A stretch of 64,000 nucleotides of DNA, from the NCBI GenBank assembly GCA_949358305.1, contig OX442314.1, positions 7,316,001-7,380,000 on the forward strand. Direction: 5' to 3'. Source of the stretch: Strigamia acuminata (lineage: Eukaryota). The position numbers were made by a program, and so were the translations under genes. The notes under the pieces are model-generated. The model was not told the DNA's origin. It did not search any database and was given only the letters and a program-made list of their open reading frames with translations. Shown one piece after another: positions 22,389-34,380 of the stretch (positions are counted from its first letter, which is position 1; each line of letters starts with the position of its first letter).

Positions 22389-25300
22389 CGAAACATGTCA
22401 GTTATGATCTTGACTGCTTTTTCAAACTCAGCTGTTGACACTGGTTTGTCCTTTTTAGAGGATGGGCAGTCTTTTTGCCAATGCCCTAATTTTTTGCATA
22501 AATTGCATGGATCAGTGGCAGGCGATTTCTTTTTCGTTGCTGCTGGTGAGGCAGAACGAGAACGAGCGTCAGACCGGCGCTCTGGCGACACCGCAGGTGA
22601 CTTTGAATTCCTTTCTGTATTCACCTTTGATGCGTCAAATGAAACATTTTTTGATTTCATTTTTGGCTTCCATTTGCCTGCAACGGGGTTATTTTTTGCT
22701 AACAACGCCGCTGCTTTGGCCAATAAAGCCAACGTCTCATCTCCTGCTTCCTCCTCCTCTTCAGCTTCTTCAGCTTCAGACGACGGAGTTTCAGCTCCAG
22801 TTATATTTGCATGTAACTTAGGAACTGAATGAGGATTTTTGACGTCCTTTTTGGAAGATTCTTTTTTCGAACTCTTCCCTTCCACCTCGTCTAGAAAGTC
22901 TTCGTAACTAGGTGGCTGCAACAATTTCAAACCATTAAAGGTTTCATTGTTTTGCTCAGCGAGTCTTTTCTCTCGCTTTAAGTACGCTGACCTTTCGGCT
23001 TCTGTAAGGTAAGCTTTGTACTTTTCGTCAATGCGCAATTGATTGACCTCCATGAACTCATTTAACTCGGAGAATTTCCCCGGGTCGGGAGCGTCCGACA
23101 TCATCAGAATATTTTTACTATATTCTGTGAGACCAGCTCTGAACTGATCATCTGCTGTTGCATCAGTAACAGCATGTGGCATTCTGCCAAGCAGATTCTC
23201 TGCTCTTAGCATGTACGAATGTAAGCTTTCGCCTTTTCGTTGCTTAAGACATCGCCAGAGCGTCTTGATGTCTTCGCTCGATTCACCAAATTTAAACATA
23301 AATTGTTTAACGAAGTCATCCCACTTCGTGAAGTCTTTCCTGCGAAACCACTCCTTGACACCGCCAACTAGTATTCTTGGTACTAGATGGGCCAATGCAC
23401 CTTCACAGCCAAAACTGTGAACTTTGCCTAGTTCGAATATTTCCAGCAAGAGGTTTGACCCTGCTTGCCAACTTCCATTATAGGCATGTGGGATAACTCG
23501 ATCCCATCTAATGAACTTTTCATCTGTTGTTTGATGAGTCCATTTATCAGAAGTAAATTCACTTATTTTTTGCAAAATAATTTTATCCCTTCTGCTTTTT
23601 CGCTGTTGTTGAGCATTTTGCCTCAACAACTGGTCAATCTCATCTTTCGTGTAGAAATCGGGTCTTTGGGTTCTACTACGTGTTCTGTGACGAGATCGCC
23701 CTCTCACACTGGGACGTGAGGAATCTGTATCTGACGCAGATTCATGATTCGGATTTGGCGGCGGATCAGGGTCCGGAGGATCGTCGCCATCTGGCGGACG
23801 ACGGTCTCCATTTGGTGGTCCCCTTCCATTTCGATTGCCATTCGAATTATGGTCACGTGAGTGGCCACCTCCATGTCCATCTGAACTGTCTCCACCTGGT
23901 GGGTCACCACCTGGTGGATTTCCACGGTATCTCGGCCCATCACGGATGTCGTTATGACAATCTCGTTTTGGTGAACCTTCTCGCGGATTATCGTGTGACC
24001 GTCCACGATCGTGTGGTTTCTCACGTTCTTTATTCTTTCTCTCTAGCAATCCGATTAATCGGTCACTATTGCTAAAGAATCGATCCGAATCTTGTGGAAC
24101 TTTTGGGGAATGATATTCGGTCGGGTCTGGTTGTCGCTTTCTCTTTTTGCGACTGTGATGACTATTACGGCTTCCACGACTACTGCGTGAGTCATCACTG
24201 TCAGTCCAACTTGATTGTCGACTGACTTTTGGTTTAGCTGATGTTAAATCAATCAACTCAGGTGATTTGGAAGCACCTTTTTGCAAAACTGGGGCTGGCT
24301 TTGCAAAATTATCTTCGCCACAAACGTCTTGTACCTTTTGTACGACTACTGCAAAGTTCTCTTGTACCGTCAATAGATCTGCGCGAAGAATTTCGTTTTC
24401 ACGAGCTTGCGCAGCTAAGTCGGCACGTAATAACTGCTCTGCAGTACTTTGACTTTTGGCGGCTTGACCAGCATCAATTACTGACTGCTGTCGAGCGAGA
24501 AATACTTCGTTTTCTCGTTGTGCTAATCTCTTAGCTCTTGCTGCTTGTTCTGCAGCATAATTCTCGTAATTTCGAGAAGTGGAGGGGATTGCTTCCCTCG
24601 CTCGAACTGGGGCGGTTAGTTCGGCTGTCATTAAATTTGTGTTGGCTTCTCGCAAATTTGCGTTGGCCAATCTCAAATTTTCATTAGCAATTTCTAAATC
24701 TTTTTGTGCTTGATTTAGTTGCTCGAGCCTTTGTTGTTGCTCTTCGTCAGTAATTAGCCAGGAAGCTTTTTCCTGCTCTAATTGCAACAACTTAACATGG
24801 TCATTTGCACGTTGTTGTTTTAGTTCGGCATTTTGCTGCTGCATTTCTGCATGCATTCGCTCGAACTCTGCTTGCAAGCTTGTTCTGACGATTTCAACGT
24901 CTTTTTGGCTTTGTTTGCGAACCATAGCTTTGTGGATTTGTTCCACAGTCATTTCGCTAGTGACTTTTACTCCCTCGAGCCTAGCTTGCTCACGGAGTGC
25001 GTCCATCATGGTTACACGCACGGGAGAATGAGAAACTTCCATATTGGAGTTCTCCGAATCTTGCTGTGCTGCACCTTGAACCGGTGATGAATTCAGCGAG
25101 TGCTCTGCACTTGATGATTGAATTCGTAAATTCAAATCATCGTTTTGCGACTTGGAACGGCCACTTCCAGTTGGATTATTTAAGTCCAACTGGCCGCTGG
25201 GCGGGGATGGCTGTTGTCGCTCCAATGCTTGCGTGAATTCATTCACGATTAACTGTGCCGAGTTACAGTTAGCTGTTTGATCCATGGCTTCAAACAATTC

Positions 25301-25399
25301 TTGTGACTCAGTCACTTCTTGATCCACGACTGGTAGATCGATCGCCACTCGTCTCTTCGCCGGCCTTCCTCTCGGTCTCTTCTCTGAAGGAGTCGCCAT
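22376..25399 (-). CDS. Gag, 1007 aa, with long coiled-coil/disordered N-terminus
   Basis: Capsid-like EWF...W..F...F..KF and LKQRKGESL..Y motifs; C-terminal CNLCKKLGHWQKDC knuckle. Confidence 0.9.
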   Translation of the reverse strand: MATPSEKRPRGRPAKRRVAIDLPVVDQEVTESQELFEAMDQTANCNSAQLIVNEFTQALERQQPSPPSGQLDLNNPTGSGRSKSQNDDLNLRIQSSSAEHSLNSSPVQGAAQQDSENSNMEVSHSPVRVTMMDALREQARLEGVKVTSEMTVEQIHKAMVRKQSQKDVEIVRTSLQAEFERMHAEMQQQNAELKQQRANDHVKLLQLEQEKASWLITDEEQQQRLEQLNQAQKDLEIANENLRLANANLREANTNLMTAELTAPVRAREAIPSTSRNYENYAAEQAARAKRLAQRENEVFLARQQSVIDAGQAAKSQSTAEQLLRADLAAQARENEILRADLLTVQENFAVVVQKVQDVCGEDNFAKPAPVLQKGASKSPELIDLTSAKPKVSRQSSWTDSDDSRSSRGSRNSHHSRKKRKRQPDPTEYHSPKVPQDSDRFFSNSDRLIGLLERKNKEREKPHDRGRSHDNPREGSPKRDCHNDIRDGPRYRGNPPGGDPPGGDSSDGHGGGHSRDHNSNGNRNGRGPPNGDRRPPDGDDPPDPDPPPNPNHESASDTDSSRPSVRGRSRHRTRSRTQRPDFYTKDEIDQLLRQNAQQQRKSRRDKIILQKISEFTSDKWTHQTTDEKFIRWDRVIPHAYNGSWQAGSNLLLEIFELGKVHSFGCEGALAHLVPRILVGGVKEWFRRKDFTKWDDFVKQFMFKFGESSEDIKTLWRCLKQRKGESLHSYMLRAENLLGRMPHAVTDATADDQFRAGLTEYSKNILMMSDAPDPGKFSELNEFMEVNQLRIDEKYKAYLTEAERSAYLKREKRLAEQNNETFNGLKLLQPPSYEDFLDEVEGKSSKKESSKKDVKNPHSVPKLHANITGAETPSSEAEEAEEEEEAGDETLALLAKAAALLAKNNPVAGKWKPKMKSKNVSFDASKVNTERNSKSPAVSPERRSDARSRSASPAATKKKSPATDPCNLCKKLGHWQKDCPSSKKDKPVSTAEFEKAVKIITDMFRKNL

Positions 25400-26481
25400 T
25401 TTTCAATGAGGATTTAGAAAGGATAGAGAAGAAAGATAAGCAAGATAAAAATGGCGGGTAAATTTTAACTAACAAAGTTATACAATGACTATCCCGGACG
25501 GGCCCCCACGTGCTGCGATCCGGGTTTTTATCCACTTAATTTCTAATAAATTAAGCAGAAACCGCAGGTGAATGCTATAAAAGACTTACAATCGGCGGCC
25601 TTAAACTTGTCTAGGGTTAAGTTTATTAAGTAGGAAAATAAAGACACAATTTTTATGATAAAAATCACACAAATTCTTTATTAAGTTAAATACAATGAAA
25701 TATAAAATATATTGACTAGTTGAAATAGGAAGAGCGACAAGTCGCGTAACAATTTGAGCGGAAAACAATGGAAGGGCTTGCAACGACTGTTGCAAGCTAC
25801 AAAGCGCTAAAATGGCGCTTAAACAACACACAGTTGTTAGGCGAAGGCGAATTGTCTTCGTTCTCTGAACTCACGAACGATGGTCGAAGACGATGGTTCT
25901 CGTGGGCTCCTTCTACGGCTCGTGCGACGGCTCGGCGGCGGTGGTTGACGGCTGTAGGCGTCTGGTCCAGGTACGATGGCGATGGTTGCCGTTCGCGCGG
26001 CAACGATGGCGATGGTTCACTTGGATCAGGAAACTTCTTCTTCTCGTTTGCTGGAATTAGCTTCGGCTAATTCAAGCAGGATAGCTGGCTTTGTAATTCG
26101 TTACAAAGCAAGCTGGTGAAACTTGGAATACACGGTCCACTATCAATACGTATTGTCGGAGCAGATATCGCAGTGATGTTGTGGGTTGTGTATTTTTGTC
26201 AAGAGTCCCGATTTGAGCCAAGACGCGAGCCCAGCACGCTTCAATATTGCGCAGAAAACCTGCGCACTTAGCTCAAATGGGTGCAACTAGTGGTTATTAC
26301 ACCATATTGCACCATAACGGCTAATAACCGTTTTCACCCCGGACAACCTGGGGTGATATGTGCCTAGAGAGGATTTCTCCCCTCGGTCACATGATCTGAC
26401 TTGGCGTGTGCCACAGTCAAATTAATTAGAAGACAATTAATTTTATCTTCTAAGTTGGTGAAATATTTTGAGATCACCACA

Positions 26482-27498
26482 CATCCCCCCATTTAAGACG
26501 AATCTTACATGGAGAGAAAATGAACGAACCAATTTATGATTCGTCCATGTTCTGAGTTCGCTCAGGCGTCAACGGGCGCATCATATCCGTGGTGTCGTCC
26601 CTCGGGTTGGACCGCTCGTTAACCGTACACAGGTCGCGACCTGCGTTTGGTCCGGAGACCATTCCAGGGTTGACATGAAGCCAAACCTGGATGATTCTCG
26701 CCGAGTTCGCTCGGTTGAAAAATCCTAGCGCCGCAAACTCTATGGGATCCTCTGGCGCCAATCGTGCTCTCAGGAGTCGATCGTGGAGCACTGATGGTGG
26801 GCTTAACACCCGGATGTGGTCCTCGAGCCACATAAACACCTGCCTCGACAACTTGTGGTTGTTGCTAAGCAGTGTTCGCGTATCCGGCGTCAAATAGAAG
26901 TGCGGATACAGGCGCATCAGGGTCTTGAAAGCCGACTCTTTTTTCAGCGGCTTGACCTTCGTCTCCGGCTTGGCTGGCGGCGGCGGCGGACGTGAGTCTT
27001 CCGTCGTGGCATCGTCAAAATGGCTCGGCGAGCCCAAGAAAACCAACGCGGGTGCGGAGGTTGACGAGGGTGTGACGCCTCGCCCCTGCGCTCGACCCAC
27101 ACCGGGGAGCTGACGGGTTTCGACTTCCCGTTGAACTCCGGCAGGAGTTGGAGAACTTCTCGGGTTCTCTTGCCAAAACGAGCATCCAGCGCCTTCTTGG
27201 GCCGACTGAAAAACAGCCAGTGACGCAGCTGCTGTGGCGCTTGTAACTGGAAGCGGTGGTCTTCCGGCTATTCGCGCCGTGGCCTTCGCAAAGGACCACT
27301 CGGTTCGCAACCGAACGGCGGCCTCTTCTTCGGTCTCACCGTTTGCTACGACTTGCTTTATTAGCTCGGCTAAGATCGTAGGCGGGTCGAGCCTGAGGTG
27401 GTACCACAGCTCGACTTTCTTCTCCGACAGGCCCATCGGCGCGGTCCAAAGGTACGTAATGGCCGCTAACGCCTGTCCTGGCGAAGGAAGAACACCAG
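26482..27498 (-). mobile_element. 3' end of a second, tandem copy of the same Gypsy element, sharing the 25511-26481 LTR and truncated
   Basis: Essentially identical to 14073-15089 (PPT and last about 320 codons of ORF3). Confidence 0.9.
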
Positions 27499-27700
27499 TC
27501 GAACGAGTCGAACGAAGGGTACGAAAACGGCACGAAACCCAGCGCCGCCGATCTGAAACCGCTGTGCTGTGTTTGCGGCTGTTTGGGTCCGCTGCGCCGC
27601 TCTAAGTGTCACGTCAAACAATATTGTTCGTTGGGGCATCACAAGATCGATTGGAAAGCCGCGCACAATAAGGAATGCAAATGTTTGGTCAAAATAGATG
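27499..27700 (+). pseudogene. PDCD2: PDCD2 exon-1 fragment (MYND finger)
   Basis: Matches 43587-43782 (LCCVCGCLGPLR.SKCHVKQYCSLGH.KIDWK..H). The splice donor is mutated (GT to AT). Confidence 0.85.
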
Positions 27701-27992
27701 AAATTGAATTTTTTTATCGGCTGATATTGAATTTGTTTTTAATTTTTAATTTTTTTTTTTGGGTTTGGATTTGATTTATGGATTTTTTGGATTTTTTAGG
27801 TTTTTATTTGATGTATTTGTCGGTGTTTTGGGTTGTTTGGGTTTTTGATGGGTTTGTTTATCGATTTTATGGGTTTTTATGGTTTTCACGGTTTGGTTTT
27901 ATTGATTTTGTGAGTTTTTGTGTTTTTGATGAATTTTTAACTATTTGATCAGTTTTTTGTGTTTACATTAATGTTTTTAATGAGTTTTTGTG

Positions 27993-28440
27993 TTTTAAAT
28001 GAGATATTTTTTCTTTTAAATGAGATATTTTTTCTTTTAAATGAGATATTTTTTCTTTTAAATGAGATATTTTTTCTTTTAAATGAGATATTTTTTCTTT
28101 TAAATGAGATATTTTTTCTTTTAAATGAGATATTTTTTCTTTTAAATGAGATATTTTTTCTTTTAAATGAGATATTTTTTCTTTTAAATGAGATATTTTT
28201 TCTTTTAAATGAGATATTTTTTCTTTTAAATGAGATATTTTTTCTTTTAAATGAGATATTTTTTCTTTTAAATGAGATATTTTTTCTTTTAAATGAGATA
28301 TTTTTTCTTTTAAATGAGATATTTTTTCTTTTAAATGAGATATTTTTTCTTTTAAATGAGATATTTTTTCTTTTAAATGAGATATTTTTTCTTTTAAATG
28401 AGATATTTTTTCTTTTAAAAGAGATATTTTTTGTTTTAAA
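27993..28440. repeat. 21-bp minisatellite (TTTAAATGAGATATTTTTTCT) x about 21
   Basis: Directly visible. Confidence 0.97.
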
Positions 28441-28847
28441 TGTTTTTTTATCGATTTTTTTGGTTTTTTTTATCAACTATAATCGATGTTTTTGGGTTTT
28501 TAATTGATTTTTTGGATTCTTAATCGTTTTTTTTTTGCGTTTTATAGTATATATGGGTTCTTGATCGTTTATTGGGTTTTAATCGATTTTTTGAGTTTTT
28601 AATCGATTTTTTGGGTTTATAGTCGATTTATTTGGGTTTTTAATCCATTTTTTGGGTTTATAGTCGATTTATTTGGGTTTTTAATCCATTTTTTGGGTTG
28701 TTAATCCATTTTATCGTATTTTTTTTAGTTTTAAAGGAATTTTTTTATTAATTTTATGTTTTTTTTTTAGTTTTAAATTATTTTTAAAATCGATTTTATT
28801 GGTTGTTTTATACAATACTTTTAATTAATTTCTGCAATGATTGATTA

Positions 28848-29549
28848 CAGTGTAGGCTGCGTAGCCCGGACATAGGACGGGATCCAGAAACTTGTCCGGT
28901 CAGGGCAATGTCCTTTCTGTAGGGCGTATAGACTCTCTGGTCCGGACAAATGCCACATGTCCGGACTAGAGAGTGTGACTGGATATGGATTTACCCGCGC
29001 AGTATGGGGATTTACAGCACGGGAGTGATGCATACATCACGTAAACGAGACAGAGACTCCAGATTGTTGGGTTTTGGCCTTTAATCTGTTGTCTAGGGGT
29101 AGGGGTCTCCCATCTCACTGTGTGGAGTGCTGTTAGGCACGCTACACTGGCAACCGTCTCGTCGCACACAGGGCTTAACTCCCATGTTCGACGTGGTCGG
29201 TTACCTCAGACGAAACATTCTGCCGTAACTTTAACGCAAATTTCCTTTTTCCAACCTTTTCCAACCCTTGTGAACATGCAATAAATTAATTTTGTATTTA
29301 AATTTTAGTGTTCTTAATTTTTTTTCCTAATTTGTTTCATTAGAAAATCGGCATTTTTGGTTTTTGTCCGGACTTTACAGCGATTTTTTCCTATACGGGA
29401 CGCATTGCTTTGTCCGGGATCCGGAAGGGGGAGCTGTCCAGACCAAAGAACAAATTTAGCATTGCTCCTGATTGGTTGGGTCCGGCAAACTTGTCCGGAC
29501 CACACAGCTGTCCGGACGGTGCTATGTCCGGTCCACGCAGCCTACACTT
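28848..29549. mobile_element. hAT-like MITE
   Basis: TIR AGTGTAGGCTGCGT / ACGCAGCCTACACT and many internal TCCGGAC motifs. No clear TSD. Confidence 0.6.
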
Positions 29550-30742
29550 TGGCAGTTTGGCAATTTGGCAGTTTCACTACTAAGCAACAAGCAACAGCTT
29601 TTCATTAATAGCCGAGAGCACTGACGAGAATAAAACAAACACATTGACATTACTACATAATATTACACATTACACACAAATATCAAAAAGACATTTGGAG
29701 TCACAACAAAAAGAGACATAAAAGAACGTAAAAAAGACAAAAAGAGACATAAAAGAGACATAAAAGAACGTAAAAAAGACAAAGATGTCGTAAATATGAT
29801 ATGACAATGTTATAAAAATGACATAACGATGTCATTAAAATGACCAAAATGACAATTCATCCTGCAAAGGGACAGTAGTGGTAGAAACTGTTTGTTTACA
29901 CTCAACTCAAATGTACTGTACACACACTGCCATTAAACCGGAAAAAAATGTGTGATGTAGATAACGATTTGACCAGAGAGCATACAGGTCAGGTTGGTAA
30001 ACAAAGTGTCAAAATGAAAAACAAGTACAACAACTAAACAAAGAATTTTGAAAATCAATAGCAGTTCTACGTGAAACAAGAATTTACAGTCAATTCTGAA
30101 CTCACAGCACGGAGAGACGCCGAATAACAAGCAGGTATGTACCTTTTCACACCACCAAAAGCAAGTAAAAAGATCATAACATCTACACTTATTTCATTCA
30201 ATAATTAAATTGTTCATAATCATCAATTGTCATTACAGAAAAAACCTTGGATTTAAATACGAATAAGATACAATGCAAAATAATAATTTGGCGAGGCGAC
30301 TACGTCCTGCAATTCACCGATTATTAAAGGATGATGCAAATAAACTGAGATGCAACATAATTGGCTTTGATGACTTTGTCAATAGCAAACATCGTGGGGA
30401 TAAGCGTCATGTGTTTTGGCTTCTTTTATTTTTATTTTGCACATGCATGTTCGCTTATCAGACTTACGATAGGATAATGCATTACTTAAGTTATCCCACG
30501 GTTGTTGACGTAACGAGCAGCTCTGAAGATGTAATTTTACCAAAATTGATGATCTGCAGTGGCAATACTAAAGAAATGGTCAGACTTTGGAATAAAAATC
30601 AAGAAAAACTTCAATTAAAAACCAAGACATGCTTTAACTCGTTGCAAACATTAATGGCAATCCCAACTTATACCATAGAAGAACTTTGGAAAGCGACTAA
30701 TTTGACGAAAGAAGTAGTGAGCGTAAAAATAAAAGTAAAAAA

Positions 30743-31805
30743 TGCGACGATCCGGGTTTTTACTTAATAAATCGGAGAGACTTATAAAGCAATCGTCGTA
30801 GAGATGCCGTACAGGACTTCTACTCTGTGGCCAAATGTTTGTCTAGGGGAATGATTTTACACAGAGTAAAGGAAAAATTAGATAGTTTTAATCGTTCAAA
30901 ATACAAAGGAGGTATTATTTAAAATGTTTGGGGTCGATCTGGCTTCTTCTTCAAATGTACACTCACAGTTGACCGTTGGCTCCAAGATGGCGTCGATGGC
31001 GTCGTGTGAGCGCGGGATTTTAGCGGAGTAAACTCAACGCTAAAATACCTTGCTGAATATACTAAAATCCTCGTGGAGCACGCTCGACACGAGAATACGT
31101 CTTGCACACAGCGGTTCGATTATTACGGAGCAAGCTCGACGTAACAATCGGTCTTTACACAAATCGCTTTGTGGAGTTAAACTCGACACAAAGCCTTCAA
31201 ACTAACAGAGTAAACTCGATGTTAGTTTCACACAGAAATGGCTTAAATTACGCGTAGTAATTCAAGCTAGAAAGTTGCTATTCCGTACAGTGGGTACAGA
31301 CCAGCGATGAAACTCAATTCGTCCAAGAATCACAGATCACACTTTGCAGTTTTGGCAGAAGTTTGACACGGTTGTGAACAGTTTGGAGGTAGAATCAAGA
31401 GTGCGGGAAGAGTGGGCCAAAACCGTTTGGCTCGCTCCTAAATCTGCTCAGAAAAGCTGCGCAGATGACGAGTTGCACAACGATCACACACGGCCGCCTT
31501 CGGGTCGTGTGCAACAATTGAGCCGGGCACGCGCGAGGGGAAGGGATGCTCCGCCCAGGCACACGCCTAGCAGCATCATCAAAGCAATGCACGCTGCAGC
31601 GCGATTGGTTGACGCTGTTGCTGGGCCAAAACTTGCTGCAAAACACAATATTATTTGGGTAATATTGTGTCTTGTTTTATATTTTATTAATGTATGTTTT
31701 ATTTCAATTTACATTAAAACAAAACATATAAGCTTGTTGAATATGTTTATAAGACAATTTGGAAATATGGTGCGCACTCAAATAGGAATATTTGAGGTCA
31801 CCACA
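30743..31805 (-). mobile_element. Solo LTR related to the 13102 element
   Basis: Termini TGCGACGATCCGGG...GAGGTCACCACA with a poly-A target duplication; lies in intron 1 of copy 2. Confidence 0.8.
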
Positions 31806-32493
31806 AAAAATAATAATAAAGAAAGTGTATTTTTAAATGTATTAAGATTGCGTTATTTAAACCCTTGATTTCATGCAGAGATATTCAAATTTAAACAAAA
31901 CGGCTGTTTTGACAGAAACGGACAATTTTTTTGGAATATGCCCAACATTTCAATTTAGTAATTATAAACAAATATTTAGCACTATCTATTTCAATATGCT
32001 TTATCATTTATTGACATAGCTAAAGCTTCTAGTGACTCATTTGTTGGAGAACTGATAGTAAAAATAGAAAAGAATTATGATTACGTATGCCTTGCCGAGC
32101 CATACAGAGTAAATTTAATAAATTAAAATTATGATTTGTATTACTCCGTAATTTTTTTCTTTTTACACTTAGTTTTTCCTTATGTTCTATGATTTTGGGA
32201 GACAATATGATGTAGCACATCAATATATTGGTACAACAACAACAATTTATTTCAGTTATAACAAAGTAAACTTTTATTTGAGAATGAAAAATTACTTCAC
32301 AGAATCTAATTTTATTTTAACTTTTTAGTTCATATTTCTTAATTCACGTATAAATTCATGTTCCAGAGAGAAGGAATATAAAGAATGCTATCGGAGTTGC
32401 CTATTAAACAAGTTTAAAAACGATCTGACATGCAGGTAGGAAAAGAATGTTTTTACAATAAAAAAAAATCTAATCATTAAAAATCTTCTTTAA

Positions 32494-32895
32494 CCTTCCC
32501 ATAGCCAAGCCTAGTTTCCACCATTGCTAGCTAAGGTCGGTCAAATCGGCCTTCTTTTAAAATGCTTCTGCGCATGTGCAGAATCACATTTTTCCTGGTG
32601 CAATCGCATTTTTCCTGGTAAAAGCACATGTTTTAGGACTAATTTTAATACGCCACCTAGTGCAAACAGATGGCAAAGCAGTGTACGGCGCTCCCATTAA
32701 GGGTGTTTTATGTTATAAATATTAAATTATCTTAATAATAATTGAAAAACTATTTGTATTTAGACATTATAAAATAAGAAAAAAAAGTTTTTGAGGAATA
32801 CAAGTTAACCTCATTAATTAATTATCAGAAAAAAAAGAATTACAGTGATTTTTCCACTTCTGTAATTTTTTTGACCTACCATGGCTATGGGAAGG
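32494..32895. mobile_element. piggyBac-like MITE
   Basis: TTAA|CCTTCCCATAGCCA...TGGCTATGGGAAGG|TTAA. Confidence 0.85.
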
Positions 32896-34297
32896 TTAAA
32901 GATTTCCCTTCATGAAAATTGATTTACCACTTTGCAAATGTTCAAACAATACAAACGAAAAATACAGTGCTGTAAAGAAACTGATTGAAACCATAAACCC
33001 AAGTTCTGATTGTCAATGTAGCATTCCATGTCAACAAATAACTATTACACCATCCATTGATACAGGAATAGGAGATGATGACAAAACCTTATCTGTATCT
33101 TTAGTAATATCTGATGACAAAATTAGTGTGTATGAAGAACGATACATCTACAACGTTATTGCTCTACTGTCAGATTTAGGAGGCAATCTGGGCCTGTTTC
33201 TTGGCCTATCATTAATTTCATTACCTGAAATTACTTGGTATTTATATTATGTTGCAACAAACATTCACCCAAAAACTCCCGCCATTAGGTTTCGCCATCT
33301 ATATGAGATATGCAAGAAGAAAGTCAATGCAAGCAAAGAGGAAACCTTGACAACTGGAGTCTTAGATAAGCTTAAGTTTGTGCTGGTATTTCTGACAGCA
33401 GGATTCACTTTGTATTGCCTGCACATTCGTTTCAATTACTACATTGATGAACCGGTAACAAAAACGGTTAGAATAGTTGAACGTCAATACACCGAGTTTC
33501 AGTCAATCACGATCTGTGGTGAAAAACAAAATAATGACATGGATGAAGCCAGATTACATTTACTGAAACATGCTAACAAAACCTGCAATAAAATATCACC
33601 ATGGCAATTGTATGGCAAAAACTTGTCACTAAACAAAATCTGGAAAATACTTAATGTCCATGACAACATTGATATTAAGAATGAGGTATGTCGCATGCTA
33701 TATGCTGTATATTGTATGTTACATTTTTTTCAAAAACAACTACAACCATGAAAATTATTATTTTTGTAGAAACATTTGGGATACAAAACAGCGCTAAACA
33801 TATCAATGAATCCTATGCCACTTCCTTTTGGTAATTGTTCTCAAATAAATACAGGTATTAGTTTACAGATTTTGTTTCTTTAAGTTGATGCTTCATATTA
33901 CCAAACTTCTAAAATCTGAATTTTTGATGGTTTATTTTATTATTAAAAATAAAAATCAAAAACCTGATGCATTAAAAAATTGATTCTGATTCCAATGTTT
34001 TTCAGAAAAATCAGTCGACCTATTTGCTCAACTTTGCATTACATTAAACAATTTAATTCCTTCAAAACAATGTGACCAGCATCTAAAGGTATACCATAAC
34101 ATCATTTAATATTTAGTAGGAACTTCATTTATTTATACACTATTTTCCCTTATTTTTACACTAAAAGAAACTAAATTTTACACGACCCCACTTTCTTTTT
34201 TTTACCTATCCTAAACTAACCTAACCTAAACCAGTCCTTGATGTGTATGAATTTTTTAGTGTAGAAATAAGAAAAAACAGTGTTGGTATTCAGAAAT

Positions 34298-34380
34298 TTA
34301 GTGTAAAAGTCAGGAATTTAGTGTAAAAGTCAGGAATTTAGTGTAAAAGTCAGGAATTTAGTGTAAAAGTCAGGAATTTT
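34298..34380. repeat. 20-bp tandem repeat x4 inside an imperfect inverted-repeat element (about 34125-34420)
   Basis: AATTTAGTGTAAAAGTCAGG repeats. Confidence 0.7.

Larger units (their letters stand above)
13102..26481 (-). mobile_element. Full-length 13.4-kb Ty3/Gypsy LTR retrotransposon with gag, pol and an extra 3' ORF
   Basis: 971-bp TG...CA LTRs at 25511-26481 (5') and 13102-14072 (3'), with one mismatch noticed. PBS TGGGGGCCCGTCCGGGA (tRNA-Pro type). G-rich PPT at 14073-14082. Confidence 0.95.
30273..34088 (+). pseudogene. Two-subunit DEG/ENaC-like gene, copy 2 (most divergent); exons 1-8 only
   Basis: ORFs 30273-30767 and 32912-33751 are paralogous to copy 3 (LLSDLGGNLGLFLGLSLIS). 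Exons 9-11 were not found downstream. Confidence 0.7.

Noticed and set aside
27949..28507. ORFs (KRKNISF)n and (LNEIFFL)n
   Set aside because: Translations of a 21-bp intronic repeat.
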